NCBI RefSeq assembly: GCF_017348835.2
Contig: NZ_CP071375.1
Source: Escherichia coli
GTDB lineage: Bacteria; Pseudomonadota; Gammaproteobacteria; Enterobacterales; Enterobacteriaceae
DNA: 64,000 nucleotides
Direction: 5' to 3' (one strand)
Position 1 is the first letter of the stretch, and each line of letters opens with the position of its first letter. Under the pieces are notes generated by a model. The model made no database searches, was not told where the DNA came from, and saw only the letters and a program-made list of their open reading frames with translations. Both the position numbers and the translations under genes were made by a program. This document shows, one piece after another, positions 55,744-64,000 of this stretch.

Positions 55744-56069
55744 TGACGACGTTAACTCAATGCCAGCAGCAGGTGCTGGATATGCTGATTTCTTACCAGA
55801 AAGAACGTGGCTTCCCGCCAACCAATCAGGAGGTGGCTACCATGCTGGGATACCGTTCAGTGAATGCAGCGGTGGAGCATCTTCGCGCACTGGAGAAAAA
55901 AGGCGTCATCACGATAAAGCGTGGCGTGGCCCGGGGCATCACGCTTCATACCGCGGTGAAGGACGACGACAGCGAGGTGGCCGGGATTATCCGCGCACTG
56001 CTTGCTGGTGAGGAAAACGCCAGGCTGCGTGCAACCCACTGGTTACATGAGAGGGGCCTGAAAGTATGA
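55743..56069 (+). CDS. LexA N-terminal DNA-binding-domain-only paralogue (no S24 peptidase domain)
   Basis: 108 aa MTTLTQCQQQVLDMLISYQKERGFPPTNQEVATMLGYRSVNAAVEHLRALEKKGVITIKRGVARGITL aligns along the whole LexA winged-helix domain ([68 protein letters not shown]). Confidence 0.7.
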   Translation: MTTLTQCQQQVLDMLISYQKERGFPPTNQEVATMLGYRSVNAAVEHLRALEKKGVITIKRGVARGITLHTAVKDDDSEVAGIIRALLAGEENARLRATHWLHERGLKV

Positions 56070-56455
56070 AGCTGATCCTGCCTTTTCCGCCCAGCGTGAA
56101 CACGTACTGGCGACACCCCAACAAAGGGGCGTTTGCTGGTAAGAGCCTGATAAGCGCGGCGGGGCGAAAATTCCAGAGCGCGGCGTGCGCAGCAATAGTT
56201 GAGCAGTTACGTCGTCTGCCGAAACCAACGTCGGCACCTGCTTCAGTGGAGATCGTGTTGTTTCCTCCGGATAACAGGATCCGCGATCTGGACAACTATA
56301 ACAAGGCGCTGTTTGACGCCCTGACCCACGCGGGGGTGTGGGAAGACGACAGTCAGGTGAAAAGAATGCTGGTGGAGTGGGGACCGGTTATCCCGGAAGG
56401 GAAGGTCGAGATCACTATCAGTAAGTACGAGAAAACGGCGGGTGCAGCTGCCTGA
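56066..56455 (+). CDS. rusA: Holliday junction resolvase RusA
   Basis: 129 aa; LPFPPSVNTYW ... DLDN motifs. Confidence 0.85.
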   Translation: MKLILPFPPSVNTYWRHPNKGAFAGKSLISAAGRKFQSAACAAIVEQLRRLPKPTSAPASVEIVLFPPDNRIRDLDNYNKALFDALTHAGVWEDDSQVKRMLVEWGPVIPEGKVEITISKYEKTAGAAA

Positions 56456-56474
56456 TCAAGAGGAGAAACGAAGT

Positions 56475-57284
56475 ATGAATAATCTGATGGTCATTGATGG
56501 TATTGAAGTTCGTCGTGATGCTTATGGGCGTTACAGCCTGAACGATCTGCATCGCGCAGCAGTAGCATCTGGTGCAAATGCCAGAACCAAGGAGCCAGGA
56601 AAGTTTCTTTCCAGCCAACAAACTGTTGAGCTTGTTCATGAATTAACCAACACCCAGAATTTGGGTGTTGACCCGGTGAGTGTGATTCATGGGGGAAATG
56701 AACGGGGAACGTATGTCTGTAAGGAACTGGTGTATGCCTATGCAATGTGGATCAGCCCGTCATTCCATCTGAAGGTGATCCGTACTTTCGATATGGTAAC
56801 CAGCGCGCCGGAAAAGTTATCCGGACAGGTTGCTGACAAGATGCAGGCTGGCGTGATTCTGCTGGACTTTATGCGCCGGGAGTTAAATCTGTCTAACTCA
56901 TCTGTGCTTGGGGCCTGTCAGAAACTCCAGGAGGCTGTTGGCTTACCGAATCTGGCACCGCGCTATGCCATTGATGCACCTGCTGACGCGCCTGATGGCT
57001 CAAGCCGCCCGACGCTGTCGCTGAGTGCACTGCTGAAGCAGTATGGTATCCGCCTGACGGCTAATCAGGCATATCACCAGATGGCGAAGCTGGGGATCGT
57101 TGAACAACGCGAACGATACAGCCGTACCGCGATTAACAACATCAAAAAATTCTGGTCGCTGACAGCGAAAGGTTGCATGTTCGGCAAGAACATCACCAGT
57201 CCCGCAAATCCGCGCGAGACGCAGCCGCATTTCTTCGAATCCCGATTCCCTGAGCTGTTAAAGCTGCTCGATACCGTTCATTGA
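56475..57284 (+). CDS. KilA-N domain protein (putative antirepressor-like)
   Basis: 269 aa from MNNLMVIDGIEVRRDAYGRYSLNDLHRAA; AGGAG upstream. Confidence 0.65.
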   Translation: MNNLMVIDGIEVRRDAYGRYSLNDLHRAAVASGANARTKEPGKFLSSQQTVELVHELTNTQNLGVDPVSVIHGGNERGTYVCKELVYAYAMWISPSFHLKVIRTFDMVTSAPEKLSGQVADKMQAGVILLDFMRRELNLSNSSVLGACQKLQEAVGLPNLAPRYAIDAPADAPDGSSRPTLSLSALLKQYGIRLTANQAYHQMAKLGIVEQRERYSRTAINNIKKFWSLTAKGCMFGKNITSPANPRETQPHFFESRFPELLKLLDTVH

Positions 57285-57285
57285 G

Positions 57286-58281
57286 GTGAACGTGAGAGCG
57301 CTACTGACCCCCGAGATTGCCCCGCGTATGGGGATCGTATTGTTCAGACCCGGTTCAGAGCTGATGCCCCTGTTTATGCAGGGGCGTGTCCTGCTGGAGC
57401 CTGAGCCGGAACGTTATTCATCTTTTGCCAGTGGTGCCGTTCCGGCTGCATCACAACCGCTGGCGGATGATCCTGCCGTTCGGGCCGTGTTCCGCAATGA
57501 GGCAGTGATCCGTCGTGCTGGTGGCGTGGAATGTCTTGAAAGCTGGTTACTTCGTGAAAAAGGCTGCCAGTGGCCTCATTCCGACTGGCACAGCGAGAAC
57601 ATGACCACAATGCGACACGCGCCGGGCGCAATCCGTCTGTGCTGGCACTGCGATAACCAACTGCGCGATCAGTTCACGGAACGGCTGGAATCAATGGCAA
57701 CGGATAACTGTGCCCGCTGGGTGTTGTCTGTTGTGCGTCGGGATCTCGGTTTTGATGACAGTCACGTTGTGACAATGCCGGAACTGTGCTGGTGGCTGAT
57801 TCGTAATGATCTGGCGGATACCTTACCGGAAAGTGCAGCCCGTAAGGCACTGAGATTACCGAAGCCTTTTGTGCCGTCTGTCACCCGGGAAAGTGACCTG
57901 GTGCCTTCGGTTCCTGCCACCAGCATCATCCAGAATAAAGCGAAAAAGGTGCTGGCGCTGAAAGTGGATCCGGAGTCGCCGGACTCTTTTATGTTACGCC
58001 CAAAACGTCGCCGCTGGGTTAATGAAAAGTACACGCGATGGGTTAAGACGCAGCCGTGCGCATGTTGTGGAAAACCTGCTGATGATCCCCACCACCTGAT
58101 AGGCCACGGTCAGGGTGGAATGGGGACAAAAGCGCATGACCTCTTTGTGTTGCCTTTGTGCAGAAAGCATCACGACGAGCTGCATGCGGATACTGTGGCA
58201 TTCGAAGAGAAGTATGGCTCCCAGCTGGAGCTGATATTTCGTTTTATCGATCGTGCGCTGGCGATTGGTGTGCTGGCCTGA
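57286..58281 (+). CDS. DUF968 (YdfU-like) protein with C-terminal Cys/His cluster
   Basis: 331 aa; [12 protein letters not shown] ... CRKHHDELH. Confidence 0.65.
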   Translation: MNVRALLTPEIAPRMGIVLFRPGSELMPLFMQGRVLLEPEPERYSSFASGAVPAASQPLADDPAVRAVFRNEAVIRRAGGVECLESWLLREKGCQWPHSDWHSENMTTMRHAPGAIRLCWHCDNQLRDQFTERLESMATDNCARWVLSVVRRDLGFDDSHVVTMPELCWWLIRNDLADTLPESAARKALRLPKPFVPSVTRESDLVPSVPATSIIQNKAKKVLALKVDPESPDSFMLRPKRRRWVNEKYTRWVKTQPCACCGKPADDPHHLIGHGQGGMGTKAHDLFVLPLCRKHHDELHADTVAFEEKYGSQLELIFRFIDRALAIGVLA

Positions 58282-58298
58282 TTTTGTGGAGAAAGTTG

Positions 58299-58682
58299 AT
58301 GCGTGATATTCAGATGGTTCTTGAGCGTTGGGGAGCGTGGGCGGCTAATAATCATGAAGATGTGACTTGGTCGTCCATTGCCGCCGGTTTTAAGGGATTA
58401 ATTCCTTCAAAAGTAAAATCTCGCCCACAATGTTGTGACGATGACGCGATGATCATTTGCGGGTGCATGGCCCGTCTGAAAAAGAACAACAGCGACTTGC
58501 ACGATTTATTAGTAGATTATTATGTAGTCGGTATGACATTCATGTCACTGGCAGGTAAGCATTGCTGCTCTGATGGTTATATCGGGAAAAGGTTACAGAA
58601 GGCTGAGGGCATAATTGAAGGGATGTTAATGGCATTAGATATCCGGTTAGAGATGGATATCGTTGTTAATAACTCTAATTAA
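58299..58682 (+). CDS. quuD: late-gene antiterminator Q
   Basis: 127 aa from [18 protein letters not shown]; Cys-rich zinc-binding region. Confidence 0.8.
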   Translation: MRDIQMVLERWGAWAANNHEDVTWSSIAAGFKGLIPSKVKSRPQCCDDDAMIICGCMARLKKNNSDLHDLLVDYYVVGMTFMSLAGKHCCSDGYIGKRLQKAEGIIEGMLMALDIRLEMDIVVNNSN

Positions 58683-58870
58683 TATGCCAATTGTTTACTA
58701 AAAATTATTAAAAATGGGGCGTTGCAACGCCCCCAAAAATAAAGGGTAATATATAACAGAAGGTTTATATAGTTAGAAGCAAGGTTGTGCTCCTAAAGGA
58801 AGTGGCTTGAGGGAGCCACTTATATGTTGGGGAGGCAAAGCCTCCCGCAACATATCTTTTAGTAATCAAA

Positions 58871-59953
58871 TTAGAACTGGTAAACCATACCTACAGCAAC
58901 GATATCATCGGTAGCAACGCCAGATGCTTTCGTGAAATCGCTCTTATCAATCAGGTTGATTTTGTAATCAACAAAAGTGGACATATTTTTGTTGAAGTAA
59001 TAGGTTGCACCTACATCAATATATTCAACCAGGTCCTGATCACCCCACGCACCCAAGTCTTTTCCTTTAGATTGCAGGTAAGCAACGGACGGACGCAGAC
59101 CGAAGTCGAACTGATATTGTGCAACTACTTCGAAGTTTTGTGCTTTGTTGGCAATATGGTTATTACCAAAAACAGTCATGTTCTGGGTTTCAGAATAGGT
59201 GGTAGCCAGATAGATGTTGTTCGCATCATATTTCAGACCAGCTGCCCATACTTCAGCATTTTGACCAGATGCATTCAGGCTGTTGTTACCGTAGATAACC
59301 TGATTATTAGTGCGGTCAGATTTAGCATAGGTTGCACCTACACCGAATCCTTCATACTCATACGTAGTGGAGAAACCGAAACCATCACCATTAGCTTCAG
59401 TTACGTCAGTGCGGTCATTTTTACCCTGATACTGAGCAGCAAAGTTCAGACCATCAACCAGACCAAAGAAGTCGTTGTTACGATAAGTTGCAACACCAGT
59501 GGTGCGACCAGTCATGAACACATCTGTTTGGGTCCAGGTATCGCCACCGAATTCTGGCAGAACGTCAGTCCACGCACCGATGTCATATGCTACACCGTAG
59601 TTACGGCCGTAATCGATTGAGCCGTAGTCCCCGAATTTCAGGCCTGCAAATGCAAGACGGGTTTTGTCTTTGGAGGAGCCTTGAGATTCAGCGCGGTTGC
59701 CTTTGAATTCATATTCCCACTGACCGAAACCAGTCAGTTGATCGTTGATTTGGGTTTCACCTTTGAAGCCAAGACGGGCATAAGTAGTATCACCATCATC
59801 TGCATCATTAGAGGAGAAGTAGTGCTTGGCATTAACTTTCCCATATAGATCCAGCTTGTTACTGTCTTTATTATAAATTTCAGCTGCCTGAGCAGACATC
59901 GCCATCAGTACTGATGCGGCTACAGCAGAAATTGCCACTGTTAATTTTTTCAT
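58871..59953 (-). CDS. nmpC: prophage-encoded outer membrane porin (OmpC/OmpF family), uninterrupted
   Basis: 360 aa; signal peptide; C-terminal ...VGMVYQF beta-barrel signature. Confidence 0.9.
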   Translation of the reverse strand: MKKLTVAISAVAASVLMAMSAQAAEIYNKDSNKLDLYGKVNAKHYFSSNDADDGDTTYARLGFKGETQINDQLTGFGQWEYEFKGNRAESQGSSKDKTRLAFAGLKFGDYGSIDYGRNYGVAYDIGAWTDVLPEFGGDTWTQTDVFMTGRTTGVATYRNNDFFGLVDGLNFAAQYQGKNDRTDVTEANGDGFGFSTTYEYEGFGVGATYAKSDRTNNQVIYGNNSLNASGQNAEVWAAGLKYDANNIYLATTYSETQNMTVFGNNHIANKAQNFEVVAQYQFDFGLRPSVAYLQSKGKDLGAWGDQDLVEYIDVGATYYFNKNMSTFVDYKINLIDKSDFTKASGVATDDIVAVGMVYQF

Positions 59954-60541
59954 CGTGAGCCCTTTTTTTTGAACTATTATTAAAAAATGATGTCACTGCG
60001 CGATAAATATTCATCTAATCAATGTGATTATTTCAAGATGTAAGTTTTAGTTTCTCATTTAATTTGTGAGGTAGATCTCTATTTTTATCTGAACTTTTTC
60101 TATCGAAACCTATTTATGGCTCTTATTTGAACAAAAATAAACCTATTAGCTAATTTATATTAATGGCTGTTATTTATGGAGGTTCTATAATTCGGCGGTT
60201 TAATTTAAATCAACTAAAAATAACGGCGGAAATTATTTGTAGGATATTTGTTGAGGTTTTCTTATGTATTTGTGGTGGTGTTTTGAACACTCGGTAGCAT
60301 TCTCATAAATATCATTCAGTGGTTTACGTACGTAAAAAATTGGTTATGCTGTTAAGAGTGGTTACTTCGTCACACAGCTTAAACCCGCCGTCGAGCTGGT
60401 TTTTCCATTTTTTGAGTCTCGATATTAGCTGATAACTCAATACCTGAGTTATTCACTGACTCCGAGTCTGTTACGTTTCTGCTTTTTTGCGATACGTTGT
60501 ATTCCCTCAATTTACACCCGCTTTGTCTGCGAGGTGGGGTT

Positions 60542-60757
60542 ATGAAATCCATGGATAAGTTAACAACGGGTGTCGCCTATGGCACCTCAGCAGGTAGTGC
60601 CGGTTACTGGTTTTTACAGCTGCTCGATAAAGTTACGCCCTCACAGTGGGCAGCAATAGGTGTGCTGGGTAGCCTGGTATTTGGCCTGCTGACGTACCTG
60701 ACAAACCTTTATTTCAAGATTAAAGAAGATAAGCGCAAGGCTGCGAGAGGTGAATAA
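60542..60757 (+). CDS. essD: holin (class II, phage 21 S-like)
   Basis: 71 aa from MKSMDKL; two TM segments; stop overlaps lysozyme ATG. Confidence 0.85.
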
Positions 60758-61254
60758 TGCCTCCATCATTACGAAAAGCCGTTGCTGCTGCTATTGGTGG
60801 CGGAGCAATTGCTATAGCATCAGTGTTAATCACTGGCCCAAGTGGTAACGATGGTCTGGAAGGTGTCAGCTACATACCATACAAAGATATTGTTGGTGTA
60901 TGGACTGTATGTCACGGGCATACAGGAAAAGACATCATGCTCGGTAAAACGTATACCAAAGCAGAATGCAAAGCACTCTTGAATAAAGACCTTGCCACTG
61001 TCGCCAGACAAATTAACCCGTACATCGAAGTCGATATACCGGAAACAACGCGCGGCGCTCTTTACTCATTCGTTTACAACGTGGGTGCTGGCAATTTCAG
61101 AACATCGACGCTTCTTCGCAAAATAAACCAGGGCGATATCAAAGGCGCATGTGATCAGCTACGTCGCTGGACATACGCTGGCGGTAAGCAATGGAAAGGC
61201 CTGATGACTCGCCGTGAGATTGAGCGTGAAATCTGTTTGTGGGGTCAGCAATGA
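60757..61254 (+). CDS. rrrD: phage lysozyme (endolysin)
   Basis: 165 aa; N-terminal SAR-like hydrophobic segment; lysozyme motifs. Confidence 0.88.
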   Translation: MPPSLRKAVAAAIGGGAIAIASVLITGPSGNDGLEGVSYIPYKDIVGVWTVCHGHTGKDIMLGKTYTKAECKALLNKDLATVARQINPYIEVDIPETTRGALYSFVYNVGAGNFRTSTLLRKINQGDIKGACDQLRRWTYAGGKQWKGLMTRREIEREICLWGQQ

Positions 61255-61712
61255 ACAGAGTAACCGCGATTATCTCCGCTCTGGTTATCTGCATCATCGT
61301 CTGCCTGTCATGGGCTGTTAATCATTACCGTGATAACGCCATTACCTACAAAGCCCAGCGCGACAAAAATGCCAGAGAACTGAAGCTGGCGAACGCCACC
61401 ATTACTGACATGCAGCAGCGCCAGCGTGATGTTGCTGCACTGGATGAAAAATACACGAAGGAGTTAGCTAATGCGAAAGCTGAAAATGATGCTCTGCGTG
61501 ATGATGTTGCCGCTGGTCGTCGTCGGTTGCACATCAAAGCAGTCTGTCAGTCAGTGCGTGAAGCCACCACCGCCTCCGGCGTGGATAATGCAGCCTCCCC
61601 CCGACTGGCAGACACCGCTGAACGGGATTATTTCACCCTCAGAGAGAGGCTGATCACTATGCAAAAACAACTGGAAGGAACCCAGAAGTATATTAATGAG
61701 CAGTGCAGATAG
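61251..61712 (+). CDS. rzpD: i-spanin (Rz)
   Basis: 153 aa from [18 protein letters not shown]-terminal TM plus coiled coil. Confidence 0.85.
   Translation: MNRVTAIISALVICIIVCLSWAVNHYRDNAITYKAQRDKNARELKLANATITDMQQRQRDVAALDEKYTKELANAKAENDALRDDVAAGRRRLHIKAVCQSVREATTASGVDNAASPRLADTAERDYFTLRERLITMQKQLEGTQKYINEQCR
61471..61653 (+). CDS. rzoD: o-spanin lipoprotein (Rz1) embedded in +1 frame of Rz
   Basis: 60 aa; lipobox VVVGC; proline-rich. Confidence 0.8.
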   Translation: MRKLKMMLCVMMLPLVVVGCTSKQSVSQCVKPPPPPAWIMQPPPDWQTPLNGIISPSERG

Positions 61713-61743
61713 AGCTGCCCATATCGATGGGCAACTCATGCAA

Positions 61744-62037
61744 TTATTGTGAGCAATACACACGCGCTTCCAGCGGAGTATAAATGCCTAAAGTAATAAA
61801 ACCGAGCAATCCATTTACGAATGTTTGCTGGGTTTCTGTTTTAACAACATTTTCTGCGCCGCCACAAATTTTGGCTGCATCAACAGTTTTCTCCTGTCCA
61901 ATTCCCGAAACGAAGAAGTGATGGGTGATGGTTTCCTTTGGTGTTACTGCTGTCGGTTTGTTTCCAACAGTAAACGTCTGTTGAGCACATCCTGTAATAA
62001 GCATTGCCAGAGCGGCAGAAAACAACATTTTTTTCAT
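61744..62037 (-). CDS. borD: Bor-family lipoprotein
   Basis: 97 aa from MKKMLFSAALAMLITGC. Confidence 0.88.
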   Translation of the reverse strand: MKKMLFSAALAMLITGCAQQTFTVGNKPTAVTPKETITHHFFVSGIGQEKTVDAAKICGGAENVVKTETQQTFVNGLLGFITLGIYTPLEARVYCSQ

Positions 62038-62399
62038 CTTATTATCCTGCATTGTTAAAAACGGCAGAATCCTATGTGACAACAATTAAACGATAATTAA
62101 ATGGATTGATGAAAATTAAAACTATATAGGTGTACGCTCAGACTATTGGAGGAAGTTGGGGACACTCAGAATCCTGTGGAATGAAATAAACCGGTCTATC
62201 CGTCTATTACCCTTTTAGCTGCGCTGTATCGTCGCCGTATTCCCGCATTAACCATGACCGTAGCCCGACGGGGAATTCCTTCTGCGTGAGTGTGCGGGAA
62301 TAATCAAAAACGATGCACACCGGGTTTTACTGTGCTGACAGACGCAGGGTTACCCTCATAGTCGCTTTTCCGGTGCGATGGTGGAAGAAACCGGGATGT

Positions 62400-62594
62400 T
62401 TATTCATCATCACTTTGGATTGATGTATATGCTCTCTTTTCTGACGTTAGTCTCCGACGGCAGGCTTCAATGACCCAGGCTGAGAAATTCCCGGACCCTT
62501 TTTGCTCAAGAGCGATGTTAATTTGTTCAATCATTTGGTTAGGAAAGCGGATGTTGCGGGTTGTTGTTCTGCGGGTTCTGTTCTTAGTTGACAT
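62400..62594 (-). CDS. ribbon-helix-helix small protein (YlcI/DUF3950-like)
   Basis: 64 aa; basic N-terminus then RHH-like NIRFPNQMIEQINIALEQKG. Confidence 0.6.
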   Translation of the reverse strand: MSTKNRTRRTTTRNIRFPNQMIEQINIALEQKGSGNFSAWVIEACRRRLTSEKRAYTSIQSDDE

Positions 62595-62780
62595 GAGGTT
62601 GCCCCGTATTCAGTGTCGCTGATTTGTATTGTCTGAAGTTGTTTTTACGTTAAGTTGATGCAGATCAATTAATACGATACCTGCGTCATAATTGATTATT
62701 TGACGTGGTTTGATGGCGTAGATGCACGTTGTGACATGTAGATGATAATTATTATCATTTTGCGGGTCCTTTCCGGCGAT

Positions 62781-62810
62781 CCGACAGGTTACGGGGCGGC
62801 GACCTCGCGG
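62781..62810. other. lambda-type cos site (cosN with 12-nt cohesive end GGGCGGCGACCT at 62793-62804)
   Basis: ccgacaggttacg|gggcggcgacct|cgcgggttttcgc matches the lambda cohesive-end junction as recalled; cosB-like region follows before Nu1. Confidence 0.8.
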
Positions 62811-62982
62811 GTTTTCGCTATTTATGAAAATTTTCCGGTTTAAGGCGTTTCCGTTCTTCTTCGTCGTAACTTAATGTTTTTATTTAAAACACCCTCTGAA
62901 AAGAAAGGAAACGACAGGTGCTGAAAACGAGCTTTTTGGCCTCTGTCGTTTCCTTTCTCTGTTTTTGTCCGTGGAATGAACA

Positions 62983-63528
62983 ATGGAAGTCAACAAAAAG
63001 CAGCTGGCTGACATTTTCGGCGCGAGTATCCGTACCATTCAGAACTGGCAGGAGCAGGGAATGCCCGTTCTGCGGGGTGGTGGCAAGGGTAATGAAGTGC
63101 TTTATGACTCTGCCGCCGCCATAAAATGGTATGCCGAAAGGGATGCTGAAATTGAGAACGAAAAGCTGCGCCGGGAAGTTGAAGAACTGCGGCAGGCCAG
63201 CGAGACAGATCTCCAGCCAGGGACTATTGAGTACGAACGCCATCGACTTACGCGTGCGCAGGCCGACGCACAGGAGCTGAAAAATGCCAGAGACTCCGCT
63301 GAAGTGGTGGAAACCGCATTCTGTACTTTCGTGCTGTCGCGGATCGCAGGTGAAATTGCCAGTATTCTCGACGGGATCCCCCTGTCGGTGCAGCGGCGTT
63401 TTCCGGAACTGGAAAACCGACATGTTGATTTCCTGAAACGGGATATCATCAAAGCCATGAACAAAGCAGCCGCGCTGGATGAACTGATACCGGGGTTGCT
63501 GAGTGAATATATCGAACAGTCAGGTTAA
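62983..63528 (+). CDS. nohD: terminase small subunit (lambda Nu1-like)
   Basis: 181 aa MEVNKKQLADIFGASIRTIQNWQEQGMPVLRGGGKGNEV..., lambda Nu1-like along full length. Confidence 0.92.
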   Translation: MEVNKKQLADIFGASIRTIQNWQEQGMPVLRGGGKGNEVLYDSAAAIKWYAERDAEIENEKLRREVEELRQASETDLQPGTIEYERHRLTRAQADAQELKNARDSAEVVETAFCTFVLSRIAGEIASILDGIPLSVQRRFPELENRHVDFLKRDIIKAMNKAAALDELIPGLLSEYIEQSG

Positions 63529-64000
63529 CAGGCTGCGGCATTTTGTCCGCGCCGGGCTTCGCTCACTGTTCAGGCCGGAGACACAGACCGCCGTTGAATG
63601 GGCGGATGCCAATTACTATCTCCCGAAAGAATCCGCATACCAGGAAGGGCGCTGGGAAACACTGCCCTTTCAGCGGGCCATCATGAATGCGATGGGCAGC
63701 GACTACATCCGCGAGGTGAATGTGGTGAAGTCTGCCCGTGTTGGTTATTCCAAAATGCTGTTGGGTGTTTATGCCTACTTCATAGAGCATAAGCAGCGCA
63801 ACACCCTTATCTGGTTGCCGACGGATGGCGATGCCGAGAACTTTATGAAAACCCACGTCGAGCCGACCATCCGTGATATTCCATCGCTGCTGGCGCTGGC
63901 CCCGTGGTATGGCAAAAAGCACCGGGATAACACGCTCACCATGAAGCGTTTCACCAATGGGCGTGGTTTCTGGTGCCTGGGCGGTAAAGCGGCAAAAAAC
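63506..64000 (+). CDS. terminase large subunit (lambda A-like), N-terminal part; continues beyond window
   Basis: GTG at 63506 overlapping Nu1 end; translation VNISNSQVNRLRHFVRAGLRSLFRPE... Confidence 0.85.

Larger units (their letters stand above)
47088..64000. mobile_element. lambdoid prophage integrated beside argU (DLP12-like position), left attachment through packaging genes; right end lies beyond the window
   Basis: Integrase next to tRNA; xis; CI/Cro switch; O-like ori; rusA; Q; lysis cassette; bor; lambda-type cos; Nu1/A terminase. Confidence 0.9.

Noticed and set aside
63563-63957. Minus-strand ORFs of 119 and 60 aa
   Set aside because: Antisense to the terminase large-subunit coding sequence

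Overview
The window reads as an Escherichia coli-type chromosomal segment followed by the left two-thirds of a lambdoid prophage. All gene names are assigned from reading the ORF translations and from memory of the E. coli K-12 map; no database search was run. Host part (1-47087): tail of an HlyD-family secretion adaptor, cueR, a ~2.6 kb AT-rich accessory island (small YadA-like trimeric autotransporter, lipoprotein, small membrane protein, divergent putative regulator), ybbJ-qmcA, fetAB, ybbN, ybbO, tesA, ybbAP, a ybbP/mnmH junction with no Rhs element but a 27-codon hydrophobic ORF, the allantoin/glyoxylate cluster (allS to ybcF), purKE, lpxH, ppiB, cysS, ybcIJ, folD, the sfm fimbrial operon, fimZ and tRNA argU. 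Prophage part (47088 to window end, integrated next to argU): frameshifted integrase, xis, five leftward early genes resembling CPS-53 yfdT/S/R/Q/P, a 470 bp GC-rich hairpin-rich non-coding region, one convergent plus-strand orphan gene, CI repressor with left and right operators, cro, cII-like, an O-like initiator with internal iterons, a LexA DNA-binding-domain-only paralogue, rusA, a KilA-N protein, a DUF968 protein, Q, nmpC, a holin/lysozyme/spanin cassette, bor, a lambda-type cos site, Nu1 and the start of terminase A. The strongest candidates for something undescribed are the convergent orphan gene with the structured region beside it, the LexA-domain paralogue together with an SOS-box-like palindrome inside cI, the small toxin-like ORF at the ybbP/mnmH junction, and the cueR/ybbJ adhesin island. 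No CRISPR array, rRNA or IS element was seen.
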